Shown here: piece after piece, positions 57,994-64,000 of the stretch
How the letters are laid out: each line of letters opens with the position of its first letter
Position numbering within the stretch: position 1 is the first letter of the stretch
Source of the DNA: an uncultured Trueperaceae bacterium
GTDB lineage: Bacteria; Deinococcota; Deinococci; Deinococcales; Trueperaceae
Assembly (NCBI GenBank): GCA_963815215.1
Contig: CAWFFU010000010.1
Coordinates: 192,001-256,000 of the forward strand
Length of the DNA: 64,000 nucleotides
Reading direction: 5' to 3'
The notes under the pieces: model-generated
Seen by the model: the letters and a program-made list of their open reading frames with translations, nothing else
The model's database searches: none
What the model was told of the DNA's origin: nothing
Made by a program: the position numbers and the translations under genes

Positions 57994-58056
57994 CCAGGAC
58001 ACTTACCAGGTCATCACCTACCAGGACACCACCTACCAGGACACCACCTACCAGGA
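57994..58056 (+). repeat. 15-bp tandem repeat (CACCACCTACCAGGA-like) in the rpoD leader
   Basis: CCAGG(A/T) at 57994, 58006, 58021, 58036 and 58051. Confidence 0.9.
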
Positions 58057-58073
58057 CCAAACGGGGAGGGACG

Positions 58074-59834
<1,761 letters not shown>

Positions 59835-59851
59835 CGCGCGTCGCGCGCTGC

Positions 59852-59887
59852 GCGAAGGGCCCCGGTCGATCGACCGGGGCCCTTCGC
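59852..59887. terminator. 36-bp perfect palindrome between convergent rpoD and dedA
   Basis: GCGAAGGGCCCCGGTCGA/TCGACCGGGGCCCTTCGC. Confidence 0.78.
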
Positions 59888-59907
59888 ATGCTTGACGTCG
59901 CCCTAGG

Positions 59908-60504
59908 TCACGAGCGCACGTGTCGGTAGACGTACCAGCCCGCAGCGGCCACGATCAGCGCGACGATGACCACGTCGAACCGGTGGAACCAGCCACCGAT
60001 CGCGTGCCAGTGCTCCCCCAGGACCTCGCCGATCCAGGCGAGCCCGAGCGACCACACGAACGAGCCGATGAACGTGTAGGCGTTGAAGCGCCACAGGTTC
60101 ATGCGGGTCATGCCGCCCGGGAAACCGATGTAGGTGCGCACCACGGGGAGCACCCGGCCGACCAGGACGGTGAGGTCACCGTGCCGCTCGAACCAGCGGT
60201 CCGCGCGATCCAGGTCATTCATCGAGACCAGCACGTACGGTCCGTAGCGCTCCAGCAGGGGCCGGCCGCCCCACGCGCCCAGGGCGTAGGCGACCATCGA
60301 GCCCACCACCGACCCCGTGGCGCCGGCCAGCGCCACGAGCCACACGGAGAAGCGGCCGGTAGCAACGAGGTACCCGGAGAACGGCAGGATCACCTCGGAA
60401 GGGAGCGGGATGCAGGCGCTCTCGATGGCCATGAGCCCCGCGACGCCGAGGTAGCCGAGGCTGGAGATGGTGTGGGTGATGAAGGATGCGATGTTCGCGA
60501 GCAT
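59908..60504 (-). CDS. DedA family membrane protein
   Basis: ESACIPLPSEVILPFSG, YALGAWGGR, GRVLPVVRTYI and F..YT..GS motifs. Confidence 0.92.
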   Translation of the reverse strand: MLANIASFITHTISSLGYLGVAGLMAIESACIPLPSEVILPFSGYLVATGRFSVWLVALAGATGSVVGSMVAYALGAWGGRPLLERYGPYVLVSMNDLDRADRWFERHGDLTVLVGRVLPVVRTYIGFPGGMTRMNLWRFNAYTFIGSFVWSLGLAWIGEVLGEHWHAIGGWFHRFDVVIVALIVAAAGWYVYRHVRS

Positions 60505-60665
60505 GGTCGACTCGACTCCTTGAAGCCGGCGGCGTCCCGTTGCCGGGCCGCCGGCGGGGGCTCGAGGCGACGCCCGCGGGCGAGGATACCCGGTTCCGGG
60601 CGCCGGGTCGGTGCCGCCGAAGCCCGAGCCGGTAGACTGAGCGGGATGCAGTCCGAGGGGTGACG

Positions 60666-61586
60666 ATGCGCGTCCTACGAGTAGGGATCGTGATCGTGGT
60701 GGTGCTGGCCGCCGTCTACGGCGTGCTGGCGCTGGTCGTGAAGCCGCGCCCGCGTGCGGCCTATCTGGACGCCCTGCCCAAGGGCGTGACGGTGCTGGCG
60801 CACCAGGGGGGTGACGGGCTGTGGCCGGGGGACACCCTGTACGCCTTCCGACACGCCGCGGCGCTCGGGGCGGACGTGCTCGAGCTCGACATCCACGAGA
60901 GCGCCGACCACCGTATCGTCGTCATCCACGACGACACCGTCGATCGCACCACCGAGGGGCACGGCGACGTCAAGCTCATGACCCTGGCCGAGCTGCAGGC
61001 GCTCGATGCCGGGTACCGCTGGTCGCCGGACCGCCAGGGGAAGACCTTCCCCTACCGCGGCCAGGGCATCCGCATCCCGACCCTGCAGGCGGTTTTCGAC
61101 GCCTTCCCCGGCAAGCCCGTCAACATCGAGATCAAGCCCGACGACGTGCAGGTGGCGGCCGACCTGTGCCGGCTGATCCGCGCGAACGATCGCCAGAAGA
61201 CCGTCATGGTGGTGTCGTTCCACGCCACTGCCATCCGGGCCTTCCGGAAGGATTGCCCGACGGTGGCCACCGCCGGAGACCCCACCGAGATCGAGGTCTT
61301 CTACGCGCTGGCGCGCGCCCGCCTGGCGCACGCCTTCACGCCGCCGACCGACGCGCTGCAGGTTCCGGAGAGCCAGGGCGGGTTGACCGTGGTGACGCCG
61401 CACTTCGTGAGCGCCGCGCACGACCGCGGGGTGCTCGTTCACGTGTGGACCATCGACGATCGCGTCGACATGCAGCGCCTCATCGCCATGGGCGTAGACG
61501 GCCTCATCACCGACCGGCCCGACCGGCTGCTCGCCGTGCTGGGGCGCGCCCACCAGGTGGCGCTGGCTCCGGGAGTGTCCCCCTAA
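60666..61586 (+). CDS. Glycerophosphodiester phosphodiesterase, N-terminally anchored
   Basis: AHQGG, ELDIH, IHDDTVDRTT, NIEIK, WTID and GVDGLITDRP motifs. Confidence 0.9.
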   Translation: MRVLRVGIVIVVVLAAVYGVLALVVKPRPRAAYLDALPKGVTVLAHQGGDGLWPGDTLYAFRHAAALGADVLELDIHESADHRIVVIHDDTVDRTTEGHGDVKLMTLAELQALDAGYRWSPDRQGKTFPYRGQGIRIPTLQAVFDAFPGKPVNIEIKPDDVQVAADLCRLIRANDRQKTVMVVSFHATAIRAFRKDCPTVATAGDPTEIEVFYALARARLAHAFTPPTDALQVPESQGGLTVVTPHFVSAAHDRGVLVHVWTIDDRVDMQRLIAMGVDGLITDRPDRLLAVLGRAHQVALAPGVSP

Positions 61587-61708
61587 GGTTTCCCATCGCG
61601 CTCTTATCCAACCCATCGCTTCCGGACCTACGGTTACGGCGAATCCGTCAAGCCGGCGGCCGGGCGCACCCGCCCCGCGGGAGCTCGCCGGGCCCCGGAA
61701 AGGGGACG

Positions 61709-62122
61709 ATGATGGCGTTGGAATCGGGCACGACGGCGAAGAACGGTGCGGCGCGTTCGGACGGTTTCATCGGCGAGGCCCGCCTGGTCGGTCATCCGGG
61801 CGTTGGCGTGCTGCAGGTGTGGCGAGATCGGCACGGCCAGGCGTTGGAGTACGCCGGCACCTGGCGCCACGACCTCCAGGACCCGGCCGGCGCCGAGGAG
61901 CGCGGGGAGCTCGAGCGCGCCATGCGAGAGGGTAGGGCGATCCCCTTCGAGGGGACGCTGTACGACGCCGGCCAGCCGGGCCAGGAGATCATCCGGACCC
62001 GTGTGCGCATCAGCTCGATGGGTGAGTACGACTACCGGATCGACCCGGACGACCCACAGTCTGTGACGGTCCAAGTGATGCTGGTGAACTTCCGGCCGGT
62101 CGACGGAGTCGAAGCGGCCTGA
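61709..62122 (+). CDS. Hypothetical protein
   Basis: AAAGGGG RBS; plausible composition; fills the intergenic gap. Confidence 0.6.
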   Translation: MMALESGTTAKNGAARSDGFIGEARLVGHPGVGVLQVWRDRHGQALEYAGTWRHDLQDPAGAEERGELERAMREGRAIPFEGTLYDAGQPGQEIIRTRVRISSMGEYDYRIDPDDPQSVTVQVMLVNFRPVDGVEAA

Positions 62123-62195
62123 GCCGGCGCGTCGTTGTCGCGCCGCCGCCGGGCGCCAGGCGGTCGCCCGCGGGGGCGGGATAGACTGCCTCACG

Positions 62196-63425
62196 GTGCT
62201 CGATGGTCTCTTCGTGCTCGATCTCAGCCGCGTTCTGGCGGGTCCCTACTGCACCCAGCTCCTCGCTGATCTGGGCGCGCGTGTGGTCAAGGTGGAGTCG
62301 CCCAGCGGGGACGACACCCGCGGCTGGGGACCGCCCTTCGTGGGGGAGGAGAGCGCCTATTTCCTATCGGTCAACCGCGGCAAGGAGAGCGTTGCGGTCG
62401 ACCTGAAGGACTCCCGCGGTCGCGACGCGGTGCGGCGCCTGGCGTCACGCGCCGACGTGCTGGTGGAGAACTTCAAGGTGGGCGATCTCGCCCGCTACGG
62501 CCTCGACTACCGCTCGCTCGTCGGCGACAACCCCGGCCTGGTCTACGCCTCGATCACCGGCTTCGGCCAGGACGGCCCGCGGGCGCCCGAGCCGGGGTAC
62601 GACGCCGCCCTGCAGGCGCTGAGCGGCCTGATGGAGCTGACGGGTGAAGCCGCCCGCCCGCCGGTCAAGCTCGGCGTGGCCTGGATCGATGTGCTCACCG
62701 GCTCGCACGCCGCCACCGCGGTGCTGGCGGCGCTGGTCGCACGGGGCCGGAGCGGGCGCGGCGCTCATCTCGACATCGCGCTGTTCGACGTGGCGCTGGC
62801 GAGCCTGGTCAACCAGGCCCAGAGCGCGCTGGTCACCGGCGACGCTCCCAGGCGCCTGGGAAGCGCCCACCCCAGCATCGTCCCCTACCAGGCGTTCGAG
62901 GCCGCCGACGGCGCGCTCATGATCGCGGTCGGCAACGACGCGCAGTTCAGGCGGCTGTGTGAGGTGCTCGGGCTTCCCGAGCTGGGGAGCGACGCACGGT
63001 ACGCCACCAACGCCGGCCGCGTGCAGGCACGCGATGGGCTGGTGCCCGTTCTGTCCGCACGGCTGAAGGAACGCCGCCGCGACGACTGGCTGGAGGGGAT
63101 GCGCCGGGCCGGCGTGCCCGCCACCCGGGTGGCGACGCTGCCGGAGGCGCTGGCCGACCCGCAGACGGTCGCCCGCGGCCTGGTGGTGCATGGAGAGCAC
63201 CCCGGCATCGGGCCGCTGCGCATGGTGGGGAGCCCGCTGTGGCACGCCCGCGGGCCGGACGGCGAGCCGGTCGGCCGGACGCCGGAGGCTGGCGCCAGCC
63301 CGGTCCCGCCGCGTCTGGGTGAGCACAGCCGCGCCGTGTTGGAGGGCGACCTGGGCATGAGCGCCGGAGAGATCGACGCGCTGGTGAGCGCCGGCGTGGT
63401 CCGCGCCGGGCCTTCGGACGGCTGA
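62196..63425 (+). CDS. Class III CoA transferase (CaiB/BaiF)
   Basis: DLSRVLAGP, GDDTR.WGPP, NRGKES, VENF, ITGFG and GYD motifs. Confidence 0.93.
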   Translation: MLDGLFVLDLSRVLAGPYCTQLLADLGARVVKVESPSGDDTRGWGPPFVGEESAYFLSVNRGKESVAVDLKDSRGRDAVRRLASRADVLVENFKVGDLARYGLDYRSLVGDNPGLVYASITGFGQDGPRAPEPGYDAALQALSGLMELTGEAARPPVKLGVAWIDVLTGSHAATAVLAALVARGRSGRGAHLDIALFDVALASLVNQAQSALVTGDAPRRLGSAHPSIVPYQAFEAADGALMIAVGNDAQFRRLCEVLGLPELGSDARYATNAGRVQARDGLVPVLSARLKERRRDDWLEGMRRAGVPATRVATLPEALADPQTVARGLVVHGEHPGIGPLRMVGSPLWHARGPDGEPVGRTPEAGASPVPPRLGEHSRAVLEGDLGMSAGEIDALVSAGVVRAGPSDG

Positions 63426-63465
63426 CCCGGACGTCGCGGTCGCTGTTGGGCCCGACGGTAGCGGC

Positions 63466-64000
63466 TCAGCGCACCCGGCTCGCGCCGTCGGCGGCGCGGC
63501 ACACGTAGACGGCGGACCGGCGCTCGGGCGTGTCGTAGCAGTCGGTGACGGCGTGCAGGAAGTCGTCTACCCCGTCCTCCTCGACCAGCGCCACGGCGCA
63601 GCCGCCGAAGCCCCCGCCGGTCATGCGGGCCCCGCGGCACCCGGGGTGCGCCTGCGCGCATGCCACGATGGCGTCGAGCGCTCCCGACGACACCTCGAAG
63701 TCCTCCTTCAGGCTGGCGTGGGAGGCGTTCATGAGGCGGCCCAGCTCGGCCGCGTCGCCGCGCCGCATGGCGTCGGCGGCCTGGAGGGTGCGGGCGTTCT
63801 CGCCGATGACGTGGCGTGCGCGCTTGCGAGGGAGCTCCGCCAATCCCGCAGCACCGGCTTCGAACACCTCTGGCGCGACGTCGCGCAGTGCGGGCACGCC
63901 GTAGTGGACGGCGGCCTCCTCACATTGTCGGCGCCGTTCGTTGTAGGCCGAGCCCACCAGGCCGCGCCTCGTGCCGGTGTCGAGGACGACCACCACGTGC
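63466..64000 (-). CDS. galK: Galactokinase, C-terminal part (runs off the right edge)
   Basis: YNERRRQCE, RARHV..EN.R, SHASL.EDFEVS and GARMTGGGFGGC motifs. Confidence 0.9.
   Translation of the reverse strand, partial: HVVVVLDTGTRRGLVGSAYNERRRQCEEAAVHYGVPALRDVAPEVFEAGAAGLAELPRKRARHVIGENARTLQAADAMRRGDAAELGRLMNASHASLKEDFEVSSGALDAIVACAQAHPGCRGARMTGGGFGGCAVALVEEDGVDDFLHAVTDCYDTPERRSAVYVCRAADGASRVR

Noticed and set aside
57994..58056. Repeats as a CRISPR array (also 45590-45622)
   Set aside because: Units are 11-15 bp and directly tandem, with no unique spacers and no cas genes.

Overview
A very GC-rich bacterial chromosomal window. It is most likely Deinococcota (Trueperaceae/Deinococcales-like), inferred from the primary sigma factor ending ...[14 protein letters not shown] and from many -10 boxes placed directly before start codons. 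It holds about 50 protein genes. Metabolism and transport: amidase, thiolase, a sugar ABC/SIS/PfkB operon, GH2 mannosidase, ALDH, AKR, pepA, mnmH-selD, gndA, GDPD, CoA transferase, galK, a Ca2+/H+ antiporter and a P-type ATPase. Stress and repair: AlkD, Ada, an Rph-like phosphotransferase with a double-HTH TetR, TipA with its MerR promoter, and an SbcD/SbcC(YhaN)-like pair. Regulation and other: rpoD, YmdB, a GGDEF-EAL protein, DedA and two SPW proteins. No rRNA, tRNA, CRISPR array or transposase was recognised. The best candidate for an undescribed system is a SARP/BTAD-STAND-TPR regulator (49683-53177). Its apparent target promoter (CTAGACG repeats at 11-bp period, 9 nt, then a CATnnT -10) occurs twice with identical geometry: before a 66-aa microprotein directly downstream and before a lipoprotein gene 4 kb away. 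Also notable are a split O-GlcNAcase-like GH84+GNAT pair, a microhomology junction fusing a truncated LacI to a truncated polyol permease, a serine-less alpha/beta hydrolase, and CCAGGA repeats in the rpoD leader. All calls come from motif reading only; no database searches were run.
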